A DNA stretch of 55,878 nt, filler included, from Asterionella formosa (taxonomy: Eukaryota): the NCBI GenBank assembly GCA_002256025.1. It is 4 parts of 4 records of this genome, joined end to end, with 100 filler letters (N's around TTAATTAATTAA, not from the genome) between each part and the next. Parts side by side here need not be neighbours in the genome. Positions count along the whole stretch, not along the records: positions 1 to 13,904 come from NKIB01006322.1; positions 14,005 to 27,902 come from NKIB01006330.1; 2 more parts are not named here. One strand, written 5' to 3'. Below are positions 11,970-22,900 of this stretch, piece by piece. The notes under the pieces are model-generated. The model made no database searches, was not told the DNA's origin, and worked only from the letters and a program-made list of their open reading frames with translations. Position 1 is the stretch's first letter; each line of letters starts with the position of its first letter. Both the position numbers and the translations under genes were made by a program.

Positions 11970-13904
11970 ATGAATTGGAGATATTGTGTCGACACAGCAG
12001 GAGAGGCCACCAGCAGACAGTCGCGTGCGAGTATGTCAGCAAGGAATGCTTCGGAATCAAGGAATTGTTGTTCACAACGATCGAAGCGAATCCTGAACTT
12101 AGTTTTTGTGCTTGCACTTACGTTGCCATCAGTGGAAGCCAGTTTGCATCCTTTCACTTCGGACAATGGCTATGAAGTCGGTGGGACTGAACCCACCTGT
12201 TGGGATTCCACAGTTGATTGGACGGTCGTGAATTCAACAGTAGTTGCGCTTGACATTGGTTCCAACAGTTCCGCCACTGTAGAACAAAATGCACGATTCC
12301 ATGCATATGATGCTTGGTTGTACCAAGCCAACAGCAGTAACGTCAATATCCGCGCCTCATGCTACGAAGGAGTCAAGTTGAATATCACGCAAATAGACAA
12401 GGAGAGCCAGCAAGCATCCTATTACACGGGTGCGAACTATTCGCTGCAAGTGGATTTAGCGTTGGACACAACGTTGATCAGTGGGAATGGATCTTCCAGT
12501 CCCTCAACTCTTACAGCTGCAGGCAATTCAAGTAGTGCTGTTTTTCTACGCCTTATTCTTTGTGAGAACTCCTACTCGGGATTTTGTTACCCGTTTATCG
12601 GGACAGACAATGGGACAGACTTTGCCGATACCCCCATCATTGACCCCGCGAGTGGACAAATAGACGAATTTGCCTATTTCAACACTTTCATGCTATCTCC
12701 AAGCCTCCAAGGATCGCGTCGCATGACCAGATACATTCGATGTCCACTACAACAAAAGACGCAAAACAGCTACTATGCTGCAGCGGACATTGGGTTCACA
12801 GTGCCGTTGGACATTTCATCAACATTTGTTTTCCTAGTACATGCTGTTCTCTTTATTGAAACAAATCGAACTGGACAGAGCGATTTGATGCGCATCGACA
12901 TTGCAGATGCACCTTATGAACGAGTTGTACAGTTTCGGGTGGCGCCGGACATTTTGACCATTACAGACTCGTTCAAGTGGTTCGTGGTGGGGTTTAGTAT
13001 TGTTACTGCTTTAATACTTACAGCTCTCTTGGCATATGTCATACATCACCGAAACCATTCCGTTATGAAGATCGCGCAAGGGAATTTTCTTGCCTTGTTG
13101 TTGATGTGTGCAATTATTAGCTCAGCTTCCTTGTTCTCATTCATGCCAATACGAGCGATGTTTTGCAATCTTTCAGGAATTCTTGTCATTTATCCAGTCA
13201 CTGTCATGTCTTGCGTCATGATTGGTAGACTGTGGAGAATATACTCAACATTGACTGTTGCCATGGATATGGGAAGGAGCAAAAAGGCAACAAGGTTTTC
13301 TGGGAAACAAATCATGGCTTTTTTCGGAATGTTGGCCAACTTCCACGTAATTTTCAAAGGCAAAGTTCCTTCTCCCAAAAAATCAACATTGCGGGAGAAG
13401 ATTACGGAGTGGGACCTGTCTCGCTTGATATTTGTCTTGAGTCTTCCGCAGCTGATGCTTCAAATGCTTGCACCAATCATTAGCCCTGGAGAAATTGGAG
13501 TTGTCCTGTCAGACGATGAAAGGGTCGGAAAAGTTGTATGTGTCCATCGTTCTCGATGGATCGAGTTCTCGAGCGTAATATTCCTGGGTTTTATGTTTCT
13601 TGTCTCAACGTATGTTGCTTGGTTGACAAGAGACCTACCTAGCTTATTCAATGAAAAGGACAAGATTTTTAGTGCGGCAAGCGTCAATGCGTTCATCGCG
13701 TTTATTGTCCTGTCTTTGATATTCATTACTGACGATGACACCACAAGCCCAAATGTTACAGCATTCCTTTCCATAATTTTGTTTATGGGGATTACATTCA
13801 CAACAATCTGGCAAATTGTGATGCCGAAGATTATTCGCGTGTGGCGAGGCGAAACGGTTGTGGTCAGTGACTTGATGTCTGGCCGTCGTTACAGCCTCAA
13901 TGGC
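11970..13904 (+). CDS. Class C (7tm_3) GPCR-like receptor, 3' end truncated by contig end; start uncertain (11970 or 12033)
   Basis: Signal-like hydrophobic stretch, long N-glycosylation-rich ectodomain, seven hydrophobic helices with HRNHSVMKIAQ, GRLWRI and RDLPSLFNEKDKI motifs typical of family 3 GPCRs. Confidence 0.85.
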
Positions 13905-14004
13905 NNNNNNNNNNNNNNNNNNNNNNNNNNNNNNNNNNNNNNNNNNNNTTAATTAATTAANNNNNNNNNNNNNNNNNNNNNNNNNNNNNNNNNNNNNNNN
14001 NNNN
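13905..14004. other. Artificial contig spacer (N-run, TTAATTAATTAA, N-run)
   Basis: Six-frame stop linker flanked by Ns; same structure at three places. Confidence 0.97.
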
Positions 14005-14982
14005 GATCTGGCGAGAAACTGCAGAAAGGAACTTCGGTTTTTTAACTATGCTGAAAATAGTGGATTTTACCGGGCTAACTCGTTTATTTGGCCTAGTAAA
14101 AAAACCGAAGTTCCTTTCTGCAGTTTCTCGCCGAAAGTTAACTTCTGGGGCTATGTGAAGATTACCTATGTACTTAACTCTTCTTCAAACCCTGCCAACG
14201 TTGAGCTATCGTCGTCCAAAAATTCGACAATATCGGCCTTTTCAACGGTCACCCAAACGTCGGAATCAGAATCACTAATCGCCGAAACGTCATCATCGGA
14301 ATGGTAGTCTTGTGCTAAAATTTGTAGTCGTAAAATCTCGTGTACAAAAAGTTCCAATGTAATTGCCCGCTGTAAAAATCATATTCTGATTGGTTATCCT
14401 TACATCCGTTCGATTGGCACGGTTTGCGAGGTCGTGCAATCCCACGCCGGCCACACTGGATACACATGAAGCATTTTCTTGGGTGTTGGCCGATCCTACT
14501 CGTATGCCGGTATCCGTACGGAGTGGGAATATCGAGTACCGGGTAGGTTTACCCGTAAACCGGAATCCGTACGGAGTAGGAATACCGAGTACCGGGTAGA
14601 CCTACCGGTTCCAGGTAACTGATCATCATTCGTCATAGTAAATGGTAGTGCACGCTAACCAGTACCTTAGTACCGATAGTTTGCACATTCAAATATATTT
14701 TGCAGCCGCCGGGTCGTGCATGTGAAACATATTTATGATACGAGTAGGTATACTATCGGTAGAGTAGCAATATAAAACATCCAGCGATGAAGAATCTATC
14801 TTTACATATTTTATGCATTTGAAATGGAATCTATATACGTACGCGCAAATTTCCACTCATTTGAATTTTTCAAACGGAATCATTGATATTCAAATTAGCA
14901 CATAAAAGTTCTTAGTTCCAGGGAATTTCGGCAACCCTAAGCAATATTTTTATTTTTGCCTAGGGGTTCAAATGCAGGAACC
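14005..14982. mobile_element. MITE-like element copy 2, left end lost at contig boundary
   Basis: Right end CCTAGGGGTTCAAATGCAGGAACC|TTAA is the reverse complement of the copy 1 left end; shares the internal hairpin and body. Confidence 0.82.
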
Positions 14983-16390
14983 TTAACTGAATCTTTACAG
15001 AGATACATTTCATAAATATATTGCAGCAGTAGTAAGAACAGCAAATCAATTAGCTTTTTTTTCATGCCTCCCCAAACATGCACATCAGATAGCGAAATTA
15101 TAGTGATGTGGTATACTACCCATCAGTAATCCCTCCTGCTGCACTTCATTTTTATAACTTGCTTGTCTCTGATCATCATTACTCCTACAATTAGATCTGA
15201 TACTTGTTCATGAACTCACTCTGTGACTGTTGTTCACTGATTGCAGACAATCAATTTGATGAGGACTGGGTTGGCCATTGGGGAACATGATGGTAGTAAG
15301 GAGCAAAACAGGACTGAAATCATGATGGCTTGGCAACTTTTGTTTTCTCATCAACTCACTCTACAAATGCTGCCCTCTTTCAACATTCAATAAATCTGAG
15401 CAATGTGAATAAGCAGCTGGTGTAGTTGCTATGAATTGATCTAGGAGTTACAGGGATTCCTGCATGTATGAGTAGCCAAGCAAGCTTGTGATTACTTACA
15501 GCATCCAGCTGAACATGCATTGCTTGCCTTGTTGGTTTGAGAATCGCGTTCTATAGAAAGTACCAATATAAACTATATAGCAAAGCGATTTATTTATCAA
15601 TTTTGAACAAATTGAAAAGTTAATTGGTTAACACATAATTATTTGCTTGACTAGCATATATATTTGTTTAACCTTGAGGTATTAATGTGATCAAGGTAAA
15701 GATAAAATGGGAGTGAACAACAAACAGAATTAATGCTAGTTGGAGTGAAGAATATTAGTGAACGGAAATGTTGTAAATTGTAAAGAAAAGTATTGTATTT
15801 TAGAGATTATTACTGAGCAAATTTTTCTTCGCGTCGCCAGAAAATATTGTCAGTTGAACCACAAAATTATGTGGGTTTCTAAAATAATTATGGAAATTGT
15901 CGAAACTATTTTACTTCACTCCGTTCATATATATTGTATGATGCATCATATTTTTTATGTGATGTCACATCCCTAAACTATGTACGTAGCTAAATTTGTC
16001 ACATTGGGCCCCCCAAATAATTAATTTGGGTGATCATATTTGACTATCGTTTTTTGTGGCGGCTGTACCAGTAATCGGCATCGGAGATGCAACTGATGCT
16101 CTAGCTGTTTCATTTCATATTGCCTTCACCCAACAAACCTAGATTGGCTGGAATCAGGTTTTTCGCGGACATCTATCCTGGTAGTGGGGCCTCTCCTGGA
16201 AGGTCCGGTAATCAGCGTACATAGTGTGTAGGTTGCTCGTTTTCTGTTCATTGATTCACATCCGAGAAAAGGCAGGGGTACACCCCCAAAAATTGTCGAA
16301 CCCCTAAATTTTGCGCCACTCCGTTATTCTTTAAATAGTTGTTTAGATAGACGTTAAGCCATTAGTCATTTTATTGTCAAAAGGAACTTT

Positions 16391-16980
16391 AAGTCAGCAG
16401 TCAGTAAGTTGAAGTCAGCTGTCAGCGATTTCATGTCATCAGTCAGCAAAAGAAAACAGCAGTCAGCGATTTTTTCACATTTTCAGCAAATCAAGTCAGC
16501 AGTCCGCGAAACGAAGTCCGCAGTCAGTAGTCAGCAAGTTGAAGTCCGCATTTTTAGTACGATAGTACATAGTGGTAGCAATATGAAGTAGTAGATAGCA
16601 ATGATTTTTTCAAGCATCAATGTCTATTTCACAGTTTTCAATTATGTATGGAGTACCAGGTACCTCTTTGTTACTCCCGATAGTACTAGGAGCGTAGAAG
16701 GCATCGCTTTTATTATCCCAACAAAGAAAAGAAGCTTCCACCATCATTAAATATGAAAAGTAAAGACGACTCATACACCGGTACCGGTAGATGGTGGTCT
16801 CTTCCTAAGAACAAAGTAGGTTGCTTGACGTCAGCAAGTTGAAGTTAGCAGTCAGCGGTTTCATGTCAGTAGTCAGCAAATGAAGTCAGCAGTCAGCGAA
16901 TATTTCAAATTTTCAGCAAATCAAGTCAGCAGTTAGCAACAAGAAGTCCGCAGTCAGCAAGTTGAAGTTGGTAGTCAGCG
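16391..16980. repeat. Two ~150-bp direct repeats (16391-16550, 16830-16980) built from ~20-nt AAGTCAGCAGTCAGC units
   Basis: Directly visible unit-by-unit alignment, e.g. TTTCAGCAAATCAAGTCAGCAGT in both blocks. Confidence 0.85.
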
Positions 16981-17359
16981 ATTCTGCTGTGAAAGGTGGC
17001 AGCGCTTTCCGTTTGAAGCTTTATAATGGTTACAGGTAATCTAAATAAATTGAAATATTTTGAGATTTTTCATCATTTTGGAATTGGTGAGCCAGCCACC
17101 CAGTCAGTCTTCCAATGAAGTATGTTGAAACTGCTACATGGATTTTTTAGTGTATGGTGCATGCAATTTGCTGATTACCAGACCTTCCTGGCATCTCTAC
17201 AATTCCCAATGGTCTCTGTCAAGCCCTTCATCACCTGAGTGTTGGTGTCGACCTATCATCAGGTCCTTCTGCACCTACTCAGCAAATCAATGGAAAGACA
17301 GAAATGTACTGACATTACAAAGAGTCAACCTATACCCCTACTACCATTCTTTGATCAAT

Positions 17360-17520
17360 GACTGTATCTAAGTGTATGGAGAGGGTGTATATTGGTGAAA
17401 GCTCCATTTAGTAACATATATTTTCATTTCAGCACTTGTAAGAAGTGTGTGTGTCTGATTACTATGACTTAATATTATTTTTTAACCCTACCTCCAATCT
17501 AGGGTGGAAATGCAGGAACC
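17360..17520. mobile_element. MITE-like element copy 4: isolated left-end fragment in inverted orientation
   Basis: Reverse complement of the copy 1/3 left ends (…ACCCTACCTCCAATCTAGGGTGGAAATGCAGGAACC|TTAA; TGGTGAAAGCTC). Confidence 0.72.
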
Positions 17521-18239
17521 TTAATCATGCATTACCTGTCAACGTTGCACTCCTACGATTGTACAAAATTGAACGCAATGATGATTTATACACGTTTTTG
17601 GGCAGAAAAGTCTCACCAAAAAGCCGGTGCTGATCACAGGGCCGCAGAAAATTTACGTGTCACAAGCTACGTACAGGTACGTAGAAGAGAACAAACGTCA
17701 GCGTGGAAAACTGGGGAGAACTTCTCCCCAAATATAAAGTAGAGTCTCGTGCATTCTCACCATTTTTCTGTGCTTCTTATTTGCAGCCACATGTGTTTGT
17801 TACGACCTCATAACCTTTTGAAAATGTTCAAACCGTCATCACATAAATGAATATCAAATATATTGTGTCACTGGTATGTACCACGTACTTAATTCTATGC
17901 ATACTGCACATACCGAAATGGAGAGCGTACGCATTGGGTCATATTTTTCTTTGCAATTGATCGGAGCAGCAGTTCGTATTTTTTTCATAGCGTTCAATTC
18001 GTTGCATTTTCAATGCTCAGCGGTTGTCAACCATACAATACTTTACGAACTGCTAGTATTTGCCTCTCGTAATCCTCCGAAATCGATCCTCTCAGTTGTA
18101 AAGTCCCCAGTAATAGCTTTTCTCATTGCTTCAAATTTCGTCTAGTCCTACACATATATTAGCTTCTTCTCCGATATCAGATTTGTGACGGCTTCTCATT
18201 CACATCGCGTCAACAATTGACACACAGTACCAACCGAAA

Positions 18240-19349
18240 ATGACTAACCAAAAATCCTGCAAATTGCAGCGCCGCGATACTGTGATCAAAGCCGAGAATC
18301 TTGGTCTTCCACTATCGGTGGTGGAAGCATCTCTGGTGACCTATCGTTCTGTCGGTATCGGCATATTTGGTACCGTTATGCGGTTCAGTGGGATGCCTTT
18401 AGAGAAGATAGCATTGTTCATGAACTCCTCTCAAGTGTCAGGAAAGGGACAATTAGCACAAGCTTTTAAGCTCACCTTCGCCGGAGGAGCACTTGCACCC
18501 TATCGTGTTGTCGGTCCATCAAGTTTCGTAGCCTGGTTCCTTCAATATAGTGTCATGGGAATGGCATTTCAGACTGTTGATCATGCCCTAAGCAATCTTC
18601 TCGGAATCAAGCCTGTTTACTATGGAGTTGAATTGATGGAACCGCCTGTAAACGAGACTATTTCCACGGAAGACAAGGCCAAATCAGCCTTCAAAACCTT
18701 GGTGTCTCCTTTTCTGGCTGCTTCTCTGGAATCGAAAGTTTCTAATCGAGCCGAGGTACAACGCTACTTCGGACCCAAGCTTTTTGCTGAAGTTGAGACC
18801 AAATTGGGCTTGTCGGGATTGCGACGAGCAGCTGGGCCTGCTTTCTTGCCAAATGCAATGAGAAATGTTATCATGTGCCAAACTACCTTTTTGTTGACAC
18901 CCATCACCTACAAAATGTACTTCCCACAAGAGCGCAAATCAAAGACTACATTCTTTTGGTATGGGCTTGGAATGAACATTTGCGTTGGGAATGTGGCAGC
19001 CATCACACAACAAGCACTATGGGGCCGAACGCTTGATTACGCTGCCAAGCATGGCACGATTAGTTATACAGTTATTATTAATGAGGGGCTCTCCAAGGAA
19101 GGAATGTCCGCATTCTTCACAACTCCCAAGTGGTTCTCTCGAGTCCTCATGAATGCTCCAGCCCAAGGTGTGATGCCTTGGTTCTACAATGAAATCTTGC
19201 CAATGGGCGAATACGCTGTACTCAATGCTGTTAAGAGTGTGTACAAGCCTTTTCTTCAAGAAGTCGCTGTTCCTCCATCTATGAAAAAAACATCAGCTTC
19301 CACCCCAGCAGCTCAGGTTCTATCAGCCGATACTACTACGAAGGCGTAA
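18240..19349 (+). CDS. Divergent mitochondrial-carrier (SLC25)-like membrane protein
   Basis: 369 aa intronless ORF with six moderately hydrophobic segments, one PLEKI (Px[DE]-like) motif, and even-helix-like PNAMRNVI and SRVLMNAP segments; family assignment is tentative. Confidence 0.5.
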   Translation: MTNQKSCKLQRRDTVIKAENLGLPLSVVEASLVTYRSVGIGIFGTVMRFSGMPLEKIALFMNSSQVSGKGQLAQAFKLTFAGGALAPYRVVGPSSFVAWFLQYSVMGMAFQTVDHALSNLLGIKPVYYGVELMEPPVNETISTEDKAKSAFKTLVSPFLAASLESKVSNRAEVQRYFGPKLFAEVETKLGLSGLRRAAGPAFLPNAMRNVIMCQTTFLLTPITYKMYFPQERKSKTTFFWYGLGMNICVGNVAAITQQALWGRTLDYAAKHGTISYTVIINEGLSKEGMSAFFTTPKWFSRVLMNAPAQGVMPWFYNEILPMGEYAVLNAVKSVYKPFLQEVAVPPSMKKTSASTPAAQVLSADTTTKA

Positions 19350-19582
19350 GAGTGTGCCATCAACTACCAAGTTATAACCTCCTTTTCTCTATGATGCATA
19401 AATGAATGTTGTATAATAGATTCATCTTTCCAAAGTTTGTTATTTAAATGGGGTGAAGATTGATATGTTTGCTTAAATGGTTTCCTTTTTCATAATTCAC
19501 ATTCTACAGTGTTAGCGACCTAACGGTAAAATATTTAGTATTTCTGAGGAGCTTGCAAGATGGATGAGCTATCGTATGTGGT

Positions 19583-19954
19583 TGTTAAATTGTCTAGTTG
19601 AAATATCACAGATCTTACTTTTAAGATCACTAAAGCTGAAAATGTATTTTCACTTTACACTTTGTAATATTGTGAGCTTTCTATTAATAGTCTATCTAGT
19701 CTTGTTCTTGCCTGATTACACATGTAATCCCAAACAAGACCCCTCAGACTTTCCTTGATCCTGTCAAAATGATCTTGCTTACTTTGACAATAAGTAAGCA
19801 TATTCATTTGACAATAAGTGAGCATCTGATTCACTTGTCAATGAGTAAACATCTCCAGTCATTTGTCAATAAATGTCACATGTTTTGGGTCTTGGTTTCT
19901 AATCACTACTAAGAATATTGATTCTCGACTCGTTGGATTCCATATATTTTATCA
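19583..19954 (-). repeat. 3' LTR of the copia element
   Basis: Direct repeat of 24512-24883, TG...CA ends, adjacent polypurine tract at 19955-19965 (minus strand). Confidence 0.95.
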
Positions 19955-22900
19955 CCCTCCCTGCTGATCTCGAAACCAACAATTCATAGTCCCATTCATA
20001 ATGTGGGTTGCATGAGTGTCATGAATTTTCTGAGTGACATTCTTTGAAAGTAGGTTTGCAGGATTCTTCAAAGTGTTCACATAGTCAACTCTAATATCCC
20101 CAGCCTTCACCTTTTCTCGAATGAAATGATATCTCACATCAATGTGCTTAGTTCACGAACCAACCTGCTGATTTTTTTATAAGAAAAATTGCACCTGTAT
20201 TGTCTTCTGCAATGATAATGGGCATCTCCATGTATCCAACTTCATTGAGTAGATTCATTATAAATGTAGTTTCCTTTGATCCATCTGATAGAGCCACATA
20301 CTCTGCTTCAGTGCTGTAAACAGTAACAATCTTCTGTCCTTTCGAAATCCAATTCACTAGTGATGCACCACCAATTGTACCCAAATATGCACTTGTCGAT
20401 TTCCTGGTATCTGGATTGTCCCCAAATGAGCTGTCTTCCACGTCTTGAACTCGTAAATCATGTGGTGGTCTCATTTTAAATTTTCTGCTCCTTTCATCAA
20501 TTGCAATGAAATCTAACAAACGTTCAACAGCACACCAATGGGCATCACCTGGATTCTCTAAACGTTGAGAAAGTTCACGACATGCATTTGCGCATATTGC
20601 TTGGTCCAACTTTCTTCACAAAATACAACAATTTTCCAACCATTGAACGATATTCTTTTTGAAGAGTCACTTTGTCTGGATTCTTTCTGGAAATGCTGGG
20701 GTTGATGCATCTCTTGGATACTTTCCAAAAATATCATGACAATCTTGGGGAATAATATTGCACAAAACCCTCCATGCTCGACTCCAAGTAGCGTCCCACT
20801 TCATCTTGGCCCCAATTGTACCACACTCCCAAATGCGTCTTCAAAGGGCCAAGCTCCTTAATTGTGAAGTGTTTATATTTGGCTTTCCAGCAATTGCACA
20901 ATCATCGACATGTGTGGCAATTACTAGGATTAGTGCATAGTTTTCGTCGATGAAGAATACACATGGATCGACCTTGCTTTGCCGCAATCCAACTTTTGTT
21001 AAGTTTTGAACCATCTTCTTGAAGAATTGTAGTGCTGCTTGAACTGTGCCATACATGGCATTCTCCAACTTAATGCATTTGTTTTTCATTGTTTCTTGTG
21101 TTTCGAAACCAAAGTCTAAAACACCATCTGGCCATTCAATATAGATTTGCTTTTCCATGTCTCCGTCAAGAAAAGCAGCTTCAACATCAATGAATTCACA
21201 AACCCATTGTTTTTCTTCAGACTTATCCCATTTGTAAAACGGGAGAGCGAATATCATACGCATTCTTGAAGCATCTGTTGCAACTGGAGCAAATGAATCG
21301 GTGAAATCTAGTCCTGGGATCTGAATCCAGCCTTTCACTAGTCCTACAATACGTCCTTTGAATCGAATACTTTTATCCTGCTCGGATTTCTTCTTGAATA
21401 CCCAGCGTGTGCCTAACAGTTTTCTGCCCTTGAGATTGTCACGAGGAACCATTTTCCAAACATTTCGCTTGTAGAAGTTGTTGATTTTATTTTTAATAGC
21501 AACGGTCCACTGCTTGCTCTCATCTCCTTTCACAGCCTCCTTGTAATGGTTTGGCTCACCAGGATCTGAAACAAGAGTAGTAGAATACGCATAGAACCTC
21601 TCTACTCCTTCTTCACTTTGAAATGGTTTATCATCATCATCTTGATAGGCCGCTTCAGCATAATCTATTTCTTCAATTGATCCTTTGTCCTTGTCATCTA
21701 GTTGTATGTTGCGCCAAGCACTACGTTTGCCAGTAGCTTATTTCCAACCATCAAGGCCTTTCAATTCTCGTTCCAATTTTGCTTTCTTCGAAGCAGCATC
21801 TTTGTTGATCTTATCATCTAACTTCCCAACTGCTTCGGATAGCTGAAATCCTGTTTGTTTCACAACTGGAACAAGTGTTTCAAAATCAATATCCTGCTGG
21901 ATGGGTGGCACAACAGGAAGAACATCTTCGTCCTGCTTTTCATCATCAATTGGAATAACAACCACTTCTGTGTCCCCTTCCACATTGAAATCCCTCAAAC
22001 CTGCGATTGAACATGTTTGGCAATGCCAATCAGCCCAGCGAATGTTTCGACTATTTAAAATCTTTTGTGTCTGAGGGTTAAACATTCGGTAAGTGTCTCC
22101 AGCATGATCATGAGAATAACCAACCATCACACATTTAATGGCCTTTTCTTCGAGTTTTTTTTCTTAGCACCAATTTTCACCCAGCATCCGATCCTGCCAA
22201 AATGCATTAGATGATCGTAAATCATTGGAACCTTTTTGTAAAACTTCTCATCTGCACTCTTTACATCATTAGATGTGGCCACAATGTTCGTGATTCGTGT
22301 GTTGGTGTTGATGGCCTCTGCCCAAAGTAAACCTTGAAATTCATCATTAAATTTTGCAGCAAACATTGCTGCATATGCTTGTTGATGAATGGTTCCAAAT
22401 TGCCTTTCGCTCAACAATTCCATTCTGTTGTGGCCTGTAGGGTGCCGTAAAATCAATTTGAATATTGAATTTGTCACATAGTTCTGTCAAACCTGAGACG
22501 TTTTCACCCGCATTGTCACAACGGATAAACTTGGTAACATACTCAGCCGTTTTGAGTTTAGTCGAAAAATCTTCAATTTTTGAAGCAAGTTCTGACTTCT
22601 TCTTAACAAAAAAAAATCCAAGATTTTCCGGTGTAGTCTTCAACAACAAGGATCCAATAGTTGTTTCCTAAAGTCGACTTCTTATATGGACCGCCTGATA
22701 TCTGTGCACAAACGTTCGCCCGGTTGAGTAGCCTTGCTCATAGTCATTTTAGGAACATTTTTTTGCTTTAGCCTTAGCTAGCGCACATCCTTCACATGTA
22801 TACATCACACCTGTTAATTTGTTACCAAGCGATTTCATAGTAGCCCGCAATGCTGCTTCCCCAATATGTCCATGTTTAGCGTGAGCTTCATTAATGTTCA

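Noticed and set aside
13905..14004. TTAATTAATTAA palindrome recurring at ~14-kb intervals (also 27947, 41939)
   Set aside because: Artificial six-frame stop linker between length-sorted contigs; not biological periodicity
16391..16980. CRISPR-like array
   Set aside because: Linkers are only a few nt and are duplicated between blocks; no cas genes; eukaryotic context
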